A DNA stretch of 32,000 nt, from sequence record OZ234891.1. One strand, 5' to 3'. A model generated the notes under the pieces. It saw only the letters and a list, made by a program, of their open reading frames with translations, was not told the origin of the DNA and did no database searches. The position numbers and the translations under genes were made by a program. Shown piece after piece: positions 1 to 8,638 of the stretch (positions are counted from its first letter, which is position 1; each line of letters opens with the position of its first letter).

Positions 1-136
1 CAACTATTTCTAATTATTTAATACGTAACCAAACCAAACCTTATAAAGGAAGATTTATATTCAAAAAATTATAACTTAACTTACAGATAGCTTTTTTCAA
101 ATTAAAGGATTTATGTTAATAAAAATTTTAAAACCG

Positions 137-255
137 ATTTACCTTTGTGCACTGCGCAGAAAAAGGGCTTTACTGCAGCGCTCCGCAGGCTCCGCTAGAA
201 AAATTTAAGAGCTAGCGGGTAGCCTTCGGCAACAGCCGCGTAGGTGTCCCAAGGT
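137..255. repeat. GC-rich cluster inserted into the intronic LAGLIDADG reading frame
   Basis: An abrupt GC island (tgcactgcgcag...ctgcagcgctccgcaggctccgc...gggtagccttcggcaacagccgcgtagg) in AT-rich DNA. The upstream frame (..ILKPIYL, frame 2) and downstream frame (frame 1) differ, and the island contains stops. Confidence 0.55.
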
Positions 256-267
256 AAAATTAGATAA

Positions 268-528
268 AATTTAAAAAAAACATATGATGGTTCTCTTCAA
301 AATAAAGGATTACATCTAAGTGTTTATGGGTTTACATTGGAAGATGTAAACTTATTAAAAAATACTTTAGAAAATTTATTTGCACCTGAATTTCTAATTA
401 AATGTACTATTCATAATCATAAAAAAGGTTATAGATTGTATATTTGAGAAGAAAGCATGAATAAAATTAGAGACCATATTTCTCCGTATATGCATAAAGA
501 TATGCTATACAAGATAAATCCAAAATAA
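268..528 (+). pseudogene. LAGLIDADG homing endonuclease, C-terminal part only (5' part disrupted)
   Basis: Frame 1 reads ..TYDGSLQNKGLHLSVYGFTLEDVNLLKNTLENLFAPEFLIKCTIHNHKKGYRLYIWEESMNKIRDHISPYMHKDMLYKINPK*. This is a typical C-terminal half of an intron-encoded LAGLIDADG protein, with one TGA=Trp. There is no intact N-terminal half or start upstream. Confidence 0.6.
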
Positions 529-547
529 TTAATATTTTATTATAATG

Positions 548-594
548 ATTTATTACCATTTTATGCTATATTAAGAAGTATTCCTAACAAACTA
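548..594 (+). CDS. cob: cytochrome b mini-exon (borders +/-3 nt)
   Basis: Reads (Y)[15 protein letters not shown], the highly conserved cob segment [20 protein letters not shown]. It continues as LGVLAMFGS at 2741. Confidence 0.65.
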
Positions 595-840
595 CTATCC
601 TCCTAGCGGTTTATTTTAATTTTTCTATAAGCTTGAAAGTCTTGTAATTCAGGTACTGTATGCTACAGTAAAAATTTATGAGTTTGTTTAAGATAATAAG
701 CTAGTTTTGTTAACATTACAATATCATTAGCTCCGTGCTTTGCTGATAGAAGTATTAAAAAGTAAGGGTTTGCACTGTAATAAAAGTATAAAACTTATCT
801 TACTGCTATTGTTTCAGTAGCGGATTATTGTATTGTTTAA

Positions 841-2493
841 CATAAAACTTCATCGACTACACGTAAAATAGTATGATATAAAAATTTTACTAAAGATATA
901 GTCAAAAAAAGGTTAGAAGATAATATTGAAATAGTATTTCTTAATTTAAACCCAATTCTAATTTCAAATTTTACCACCTTTAATTTAAACGATAATAAAA
1001 GTTTATCTATTTCTTCAGCACGTGAACTATTAAAACAGTATAAGGCTAAATTTAAATTGCCTGATAATTTTAAGGGATCCGCTGCTGAAGAATTTCGTTT
1101 AGTAGCAAATGGCTTCTTTCAGGCTGAGGGTCACGTATCTTGTAGAATTAGGGGAAAAAATTTTACACCAGTATTTGCTCTTAACCAAAATTTATCAACA
1201 GAAAGTTTAGAATTTTTTTTAACCCTCTGACATGTTTTAGGACGATCAGGAACATTGAGCTTGACTATGAATAAACATAAAAAATTAGTTATACGTTTAG
1301 CAAGTGAAAGTTGGGATACAATACTTAATAACTACGCTAAATATTTTGACAGTATTTATGGTGAAAAATATATTGCATTCCAAAAATTATCGGATATAAG
1401 ACGACTTACCTCTAATGACTACAATTCAGGCCTCCGTACGCCGGCTCTTGATTTATGTTTAGCTACACACATTGTTTATGATCTTTCATTAGATGGAGTA
1501 AAACGTAAATTATCTTTATCGGATCAATTAAGTTTATTTAGTATAAATTTCAGGAATATTGAGCTACCTGTTTATACTGATAATTTTACGATCCCTTCTA
1601 TACTTTTTATTATAGGATTTATTATTGGTGATGGTACCTTACATTTAAGGTTAAGAAATTCGGATAAAGGTTCAATTTGGTTAATACCTACTTTATTGTT
1701 GCCTCAGCTTAAAAATAAATATAACGCTCATTTTTTCTCTATATTAGAGAAATTTTTTAATTCACGTCTTCGCCATGCAGGCTCGCCGCAAGGGCTCAAC
1801 ATTAAAACTTATTATATTAATAAAACTAAGGATGGTTTTGAAAAAATGCTTCACTTAGATAATTTTAGTATAGTGAGTGCAGAAACTATACTTCCAGATC
1901 AAACCATAATGCACGTAGATAAAGCTAAAGAAAAAAAAGCTCTAGCTAGCGCTCGTAGCGCGCGTAATGCAAAAATGTCTATCCTTACAGTTGAAAGTAT
2001 AAATTCAATATTTTTTCAATTAATACCAGTTATAGAACCTTATTCTCATTATATGTATTGAAAAAAAGATCAGTATAACTTAATGTATAGTGTGGCTAAA
2101 TTAGTTAAGGCTAACACACATTACACCTTATATGGATTTCTAACTATTATTGAAATTATATATAGTTTTCCCAATAAACGACTTCAGCCCAAAGAATTTT
2201 GATTTAATATTATTCAATCTTGATTTAAGAGGCGAGCTGAAAAAAATATTTCTGGAGAAAATAACATTCAAGCAGTATATGGTCGTGAAAACTTTAAAAG
2301 TAAGATTATAGCATGAAAATGTGTATTTCCTGTTGAATCTAATATTAAGTCTCGACAATTTGGTTTTTCTATTGATAATTGTGTAGAAAATCTTTTACAC
2401 CCATTAGAGCAGCGGCAGAGCAGAGAAGCGCTTAATCAAGCTATTTTATATCGAGATATCTCTATTAAAAATTGAGTTGACTCTTTAATCTAG
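841..2493 (+). CDS. double-motif LAGLIDADG homing endonuclease (intron ORF, table 4)
   Basis: Frame 1 is open from 841 to TAG 2491-2493 when TGA=Trp. Motifs are LVANGFFQAEGHVS and IIGFIIGDGTLHLRL, plus the family-typical stretch LEFFLTLWHVLGRSG. No canonical ATG lies near the 5' end, so the start is uncertain. Confidence 0.8.
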
Positions 2494-2495
2494 CC

Positions 2496-2515
2496 TTAAG
2501 GGCGGGCGCCCTTAA
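2496..2515. repeat. 20-bp near-perfect GC palindrome immediately after the LAGLIDADG stop codon
   Basis: In ttaagggcgggcgcccttaa, 9 of 10 positions pair. It is followed by a further GC cluster (gcgagcgcaacgctgcagccc). Confidence 0.7.
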
Positions 2516-2740
2516 ATTAGTAGCGAGCGCAACGCTGCAGCCCTATTCTAATGAATGCAAACTAGCACTAACTAGTACTAGCCTGAGGAAAAAAAAAAAT
2601 GTTTTATGTTTATATACTAAGGCTTGGTACCAAACTGCTTCTACTAACGCCACCTTTCACTATTAGTATATATATGTGTTGTGCTAGCGTATATAGTAAG
2701 ACAAGGCGGAGCAGAGCTGTTAAATTTTATTTTTTTTAGG

Positions 2741-3091
2741 TTAGGAGTTCTTGCTATGTTTGGTTCATTGTTAATCTTGCTAATTCTACCTTTCGTAGAT
2801 TTTTCTAGAAGTAGGGGAAATAAAATGTTAAATCCTATTAATATTGCTTTTTTTACAGTTTTTGTATGTAATTTACTTATTTTAGGACTTGTAGGTGCAA
2901 ACCATGCTACTGAACCTTTTATCTTATTAGGTCAAGTATGTACTGCTATTTATTTTTCGCATTTTTTAATTCTTGTTCCGGTTCTTAGTATCCTTCAAAA
3001 CACTTTTTTTGATCTTGCTACAAATTTTAACAAACCAAGCAAACTAAACAAATTTAAAAAATTGATAAAATTAGCCGCGTACGCGATATAA
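2741..3091 (+). CDS. cob: cytochrome b terminal exon
   Basis: LGVLAMFGSLLILLILPFVDFSRSRGNKMLNPINIAFFTVFVCNLLILGLVGANHATEPFILLGQVCTAIYFSHFLILVPVLSILQNT matches the conserved cob C-terminal helices. Stop is TAA 3089-3091. Confidence 0.85.
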   Translation, partial: LGVLAMFGSLLILLILPFVDFSRSRGNKMLNPINIAFFTVFVCNLLILGLVGANHATEPFILLGQVCTAIYFSHFLILVPVLSILQNTFFDLATNFNKPSKLNKFKKLIKLAAYAI

Positions 3092-3372
3092 TCAAAAACA
3101 AAATAGCGTTAAGCGCTGTATGGTTAAAATTTGCCTAAATTTATACTTTTTAAATTTTAGTGCTATTAATTCATAGGGTTGAAAGTGCGAAAGATTTAAA
3201 GTAGAATTAGAAAATTAAGATAAAAGATAGAAGTAAAAAAAAAAAAGAAGTAATACATCACTAAATTATATATTAATTTATGTGCTCTGTTATATAACTA
3301 TTTTAACTGTCCTCCTTTGTGTTTCCCTTATAAGGGTCTGAGTTTTTTTTAGAACTGGCCTTAAAATTTAAT

Positions 3373-3416
3373 CCCCTGGCGGCTCCTGGTGGTTCCTGGC
3401 GGCTCCTGGCGGCTCC
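3373..3416 (+). repeat. 10-nt tandem array (CTCCTGGCGG), about 4.4 units
   Basis: cccctggcggctcctggtggttcctggcggctcctggcggctcc read directly. Confidence 0.9.
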
Positions 3417-4233
3417 TTTTTTTAATTCGAGCCTTCGCCTCCTTTTACAACTTCTTTTTATTAGGTAGTGCTAAATGTTTATAATATAAACTAAATCTTT
3501 TAAAGGATAAAATATAACTAGATCTTTTAAAGGAAAATAAAAGTATAGTGCTAACTCTTTGCACTATATTTTTATTTTAACAGACAAAATTTAATCATAG
3601 GCACCTGAAAATATAAAGCATGCTAAAATTAAAATAAAAACCAGTGTTAGCAATAACGATATCAATTAAGCCTGAAATATTTATTCCAGATTTTGTTAAA
3701 AATAAAAGAATAGAAAGAAAGGTAAACTGATAAGTTGCCAACTTAGTAAAAAAAAATTTAAATTGTTGTAAGGTATACAACCAACATTTTTAAACAAACT
3801 AGCTAAAAATAAAGTAACTAATCTAATTTAATATAAGCAAAGAAATATCAAAATAAAAAAAAGTATAACGCGTTTATTAAATATTACTCATATAAATAAA
3901 AATTTAGTTTCTATTAATAAAGTATTAATTATTATATATTAAAACTATTGATAAAAATTAAGGTAACCCCTCTTTTCTTTTTTTCTGCGTAGCTTTCTCT
4001 AATTCAAATTTTTCTAAATTTTTGGCGTGCTAACGCAGCCCTTATGGTTTTATCTTTTTTTTATTTTTGCTGTTAGTTATTATTTTAACTTAATTATAAT
4101 AATAATTATAAACACCAATAAATATGCTTACCCCTCAAAGCCGTCGCTATTATAAAAAATAAATTAATTTAGTTAATAAAACAGTGTATAAATAAAATTT
4201 AAGGTCTAGAAACAAAAGGTAGGCCTTTATATT

Positions 4234-4296
4234 CCCTGGCGGCTCCTGGCGGCTCCTGGTGGCTCCTGGCGGCTCCTGGCGGCTTCTGGTGGGTCC
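4234..4296 (+). repeat. 10-nt tandem array (CTCCTGGCGG), about 6.3 units
   Basis: ccctggcggctcctggcggctcctggtggctcctggcggctcctggcggcttctggtgggtcc. Confidence 0.9.
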
Positions 4297-4888
4297 TTTA
4301 TTTTATTTTTTGATTTTAAACCTCAGCATAAATAGGTATTTAAGTATTGTTTTCTGCATTTAGAGGTAGAGGTGAAAAAAAAAGTTAGTTAATTAAAACA
4401 GTTAGTATTTTATATGAGAGGTATATGTAGCTATAGTCTTTAGCATTAATAGAACCTTGGGCAAGTTAAAGGCATTAATAGAAATAAATTATTAAATAAA
4501 AAAATAATTAAATACGCTGGCCCTTGCCTCGACGGCCGCGGGCCAAGAGGTCAAATAAATAATTATATATAACCAGGTTATTATCCGGATATGTGTTAGC
4601 TAGCTTAATATTTACACCTTAAAACTAGAAAAACACTAGCACATAAGAGGTAACCTTAAATTACCTATTATATAAATTAAAATGGCTATTACACTAACTG
4701 TGTAAGTGCGTTTGCACAGCTATCTTTGATATAAAAAAAATAATTTAGATTTTTATAATAAATTGAAACACGTACGTGTGCCTACACGTTATTACATGTT
4801 CAGATTGTTTAATAATATACTCTTAACAAATTCAAGTAAAGATATTTGTGTTTTAACATCAAATTGTAAACCTAATCAAAATTTAAAA

Positions 4889-4960
4889 GCCGAAATAGTT
4901 TAATTGGTAAAACGACTTACTTGTAATAAGTTAATAACAGTTCAACTCTGTTTTTCGACA
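4889..4960 (+). tRNA. trnT: tRNA-Thr (anticodon UGU)
   Basis: Hand-folded cloverleaf. Acceptor gccgaaa/tttcgac has one C-A mismatch. D stem is gttt/aaac. Anticodon stem is actta/taagt with loop cTTGTaa. T arm is aacag-ttcaact-ctgtt. Confidence 0.85.
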
Positions 4961-5316
4961 TTAATTTTTTAAATATAGGCCTCGGTCTTGCGCTCAACGA
5001 TTTGCGCTAGGTAATACTGCAATACAGACTATTAAGGTAGATAGTGTTTTGCGTTTTACTGCTTCACAGCTACGCAAAGTAAAACAGAGCAATAATTTTT
5101 TAAATATTAACATAAAAATTTATTCTGTAGCATTAACCTAAAACTTTTTGAAAAAAAAATTAAAAATTTATCCTAAGCCAAACCTTTAGCATTAAATTTT
5201 ATCCTTTACCTTCTACCCTAAAGAAATCAGGTAGGCTTATATTTATTAATTTTGATATTAATGTATATAATCTTTTTGATTAAGAGTTATAATTTATAAA
5301 AAACTTAGTTTTTTTT

Positions 5317-5350
5317 GCGATAGCTGTTGCGATAGCTGTTGCGATAGGTG
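5317..5350 (+). repeat. 12-nt tandem array (GCGATAGCTGTT), about 2.8 units
   Basis: gcgatagctgttgcgatagctgttgcgataggtg. Confidence 0.8.
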
Positions 5351-5426
5351 ATTATTCTCTGCGTAGCTTTTTATTTTTGCGGTTATAATATATGCTGGTT
5401 GCTGGTATTTAAATAATAGTAGCCGC

Positions 5427-5456
5427 GCTACGCGACGCTACACGACACTACGCGAG
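5427..5456 (+). repeat. 10-nt tandem array (GCTACGCGAC), 3 units
   Basis: gctacgcgac gctacacgac actacgcgag. Confidence 0.8.
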
Positions 5457-6078
5457 AAAAAATAGAAATAAAAAATATAACTATAATTAACGGGAAAAGG
5501 TAAGATAAAGGCCTTTTATTTTATTTGGAAAGTATATACTTGCTGTTAGCTGCTTGCTGCTTGCGGCGCATAGTTTTAAAAATAAAGTACTAAAATTAAA
5601 TAAAATATAAAATATAAAATACCTTAATATGTTAACACAAAACAAGTATGGGCAGGCGTACGCAACGCCACTCTCAGTTAATAAAAATTAATTACCCGGC
5701 GGCTCAAGGAGCCTTGTGCTCCGCAGGGCATTAAACCTATTTGTGCTTGATATTCCATTTCTATAGATAAAATTATTACTATTATCTTTTTATAATATAC
5801 TGATATCTTGTAGTATTAAATCTCCGTCATTATTTTAAATTTATTTTTATTTATTACTACTCTGACTAAACCTCTGCTTTCACTTCGATTATATAAGGAA
5901 GAATCTAAAAAAATTGTAACGACATTTTTTAAAATACCGCTGTCTGCCCAGGGCTGCAACAAATTTAAATTTTAATACTTTTCCATTAATAAAAGAAACT
6001 ACTATTAAATATATTAAAAAAAAAAATAATTTTTTTTTTTCAATTCCCATTTTGACTATTTTTTTTATATATAAATAA

Positions 6079-7191
6079 ATGTCTTCTAACACTTTTAATT
6101 TTAATCGGCTTATATCTACTTTTTTTGACAAATTAAAAATATTAACACAAAAATTAGTATCATTTTTATTTTTAATATCTAATTTATCTATTTCTAACCT
6201 TATATTTAGATATTCAAGTATTTCATTTACTATGGATTTTGTAGGTGGAAACGGTTCACATGTCGATACTAACCCAGATAACTATCCTTATGCACCCTGT
6301 ACAACTCCTGTAAATGAATTTCCAGTAAACAATGAAACTGAAATTTCTGAAAATATTTCTAAATTAATAAATAAATTAGAAAATACGAATCTATCTTATA
6401 ATGATAATCCTACAATTTCTAATATAAATACAGATATAAAAGGTCCTTTAGACCAATTCAATGTTACTGAATTAATAGGTTTAAAATTTGATATTTTAGG
6501 AAAATTTTATTTGGCAATTACTAATATATCTTTATATCTTGCTTTAGTTTTAGTTGTTATAGTTTCAATATTCTATTTTGGAGATAATGATTCAAAATTA
6601 GTACCAAATAAATGGTCAATAGTTTTAGAAACCTTTTTTGCAAGTCTTAAAGGAATGGTTAAAGATCAAATAGGATTAGCTTATGAAGTATATCTGCCTT
6701 TAATATTTTCAATTTTTTTCTTTTTTTTAACTGGTAATTTAATTTCTAATATTCCATATTCATTTGCAGCTAATGCTAGTGCTGTAGTTTCTATTGGTTA
6801 TAGTTTAACTTTCTTATTAGGTGTTACAATTATATCTTTATTTAAACATGGAAATAAATTTTTTAGAAACTTTATCCCTGAAGGAACACCTTTAGCACTT
6901 GTACCTTTATTGGTTGCAATTGAATTTACTTCTTATACAGCTAGAGGTTTTTCATTAGGAGTACGGATGTTCGCAAATTTATTTTCAGGGCACTGTCTTT
7001 TAGCTATTTTATCTGTTTTTGGTAATCAGTTACTAAGTGTTAGTTGACAAACTGCAAGTTTAACAGTTATTTTTGCTTTACCTATTTTTTTAGCAATTAT
7101 AGGTTTAGAAATTGCTGTTTCATTTATTCAAGCCTTTGTTTTATCACTTCTAAGTTGTTCTTATGTAAGAGAAGCTGTAGTTTTACATTAA
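6079..7191 (+). CDS. atp6: ATP synthase F0 subunit a (370 codons as the longest ORF; true start uncertain)
   Basis: The conserved core runs from GPLDQF (6442) through NKWSIVLETFF, NLISNIPYSFA, FIPEGTPLALVPLLVAIEFTSYTARGFSLGVRMFANLFSGH and IAVSFIQAFVLSLLSCSYV. One in-frame TGA=Trp at 7045-7047. Stop is TAA 7189-7191. Confidence 0.92.
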
Positions 7192-7223
7192 TTTTAAGCT
7201 AATTAAAAATTTTAAAAATTCTC

Positions 7224-8492
7224 ATGGAAAAATTTATGATAAATATGAAACAATTAAATAATATTAACGTACGTGAAGTGAATAATTTTCGTATTTTTAC
7301 GTGCTTTACTAGAGGGTTCGATGATAGTCATATAAAAAACGGTAGATGTCATTTAATTAGCAGTTCGGTATTAACTAAAAATTTAGATTTAGATATAAAA
7401 AACATTGTTACTTACTTTGAAAATAATTTTCAAAATTCACCTAAATTAAATTATATATTTTGAATTAAGGATTTAGATTATTTTAATCCAAAAGAATTAG
7501 GATTAAGAGTTTTATATGATGACCCTAATATTTTAAAAGTGATTGCTGTAAGTTTAGATAGACTTTTAGGTCATTTTAATATTCTTAGAGACGATGTTGA
7601 ACTTGCGGACGATATTTTTGGTAAAATTAATATTAAAAGCAAAGATTTTGATGCTGTTATTTCAAATTCTTTATTTATATTTGAAAATTTGTATTGAAGT
7701 AATATAGTATTAGCATTTAAAATGAGTGGTTATGACATAAGTGGTGGTACTGGTAATAAACGTCACTTATTATGTACACCAGCAGGTTTATTAAAAGATT
7801 ATTTAAATATAATTTTTAATTTTAATTTTGTTTTTATTAATAAAGAAATAATTTATAATAGTTATAAAGACGATAAAAAAATAATGTCTAGTACTATACC
7901 ATTAGATATTTATGGTAAGTATTTAGATATAAAAAATAATTTATATAGAATTAAATACGGGGATTTACGGGTTGATAATTCTCTTATAATAAATAATATA
8001 GGAGAAGTAAAACATATGGATTTTAAAAAATATATAATTAATAATTTACGGTTATCTATGTGTTTAATAGTTCAACATATAGGACAGGGATTAGCTGCTG
8101 AAAAATTAAAATTGTATAACGCAAAATCTGCTCTTAATAATAAAATTTCAAGATTGCAATATGAATTAGATAGTGATAAAAGATTTTCAGTTTCAACTAA
8201 ACATATGTCTAATAAAGAAAAAAAAAAATTTAAGAAAGATAGAACAAAACATTTAGCTAATCCTATAAACGAAAATAAATTAAATATTGAAATAAAAGCT
8301 CTAGAAAATGAAATAGCAAAAAAACAGGATCAAATAACAAAGATAGAAAAAGTAGAGTCAAATTGAAATATTAATGAATTAAATGCTATGGACTTATTAA
8401 AAATGTATAAATCTAGCCCTAAATTATCTAAAATTGTAGATAAAAATAATGATTTAATAAGTGGTAAAATAAAGTATGATTTTGTAAAATAA
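7224..8492 (+). CDS. 422-codon ORF homologous to the part of the dpo frame downstream of polymerase motif B (plasmid DNA polymerase-derived fragment)
   Basis: Open in table 4, with 3 TGA=Trp. Aligned by eye to dpo 13722-14861. Matches are YIFWIKDLDYFNPKEL / YYFIKN..YYFKEL, LFIFENLYW / LIFVFDSIYW, SGGTGNKRHLLCTPAGLLKDYL / YGGSFTRRHLLSSVQGTLTKFL, NFNF..IYNSY / NFNL..IYNSF, then Lys-rich coiled-coil-like tails in both. Confidence 0.55.
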
Positions 8493-8580
8493 TCAAGGGG
8501 TGGAGGAGTATACCCTCAATCTAGTTATTAAGAGAATGTAATATTTAAGGAATTAAAATTTGTAAAGTTTTAAATTTGTC

Positions 8581-8638
8581 GCTGGCCTGGCCTGGCCTGG
8601 CCTGGCCTGGCCGTATGGCAAGGCAAGGCAGGCAGCGG
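8581..8638 (+). repeat. hexamer array (CTGGCC)x5 followed by GGCAAG/GGCAGG units
   Basis: gctggcctggcctggcctggcctggcctggccgtatggcaaggcaaggcaggcagcgg. Confidence 0.85.

Larger units (their letters stand above)
1..547 (+). other. cob intron, 3' portion (window opens inside it); intron class not determined
   Basis: Lies directly upstream of a cob mini-exon. G547 precedes AT TTA TTA CCA TTT TAT = (Y)LLPFY. Contains a LAGLIDADG ORF remnant. Confidence 0.5.
595..2740 (+). mobile_element. cob intron carrying a LAGLIDADG ORF (probably group I; class not proven)
   Basis: Separates ..SIPNKL from LGVLAMF... Ends in G2740. Contains a free-standing 550-codon endonuclease ORF. No group II domain V was seen. 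Confidence 0.6.

Noticed and set aside
2140-2358. Minus-strand ORF (72 aa)
   Set aside because: It is antisense to the well-supported LAGLIDADG ORF 841-2493. It is low-complexity, and its frame is terminated by TGA only in the standard code.
3577-3780. Minus-strand hydrophobic ORF (61 aa, 67 with TGA=Trp) as a possible small membrane subunit (atp8, atp9, nad4L)
   Set aside because: I see no resemblance to the conserved N-termini or motifs of those proteins. Hydrophobic short ORFs arise easily in T-rich DNA. Left uncalled.
5889-6131. Minus-strand ORF overlapping the atp6 start
   Set aside because: Lys/Phe-rich low-complexity translation of A/T runs. It overlaps the atp6 frame and has no motif.
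7224-8492. Interpreting this ORF as rps3, or as a wholly novel module fused to dpo
   Set aside because: There is no rps3-like C-terminal domain. Colinear similarity begins right after dpo motif B and covers the motif C region, so a dpo-derived fragment is the simpler explanation.
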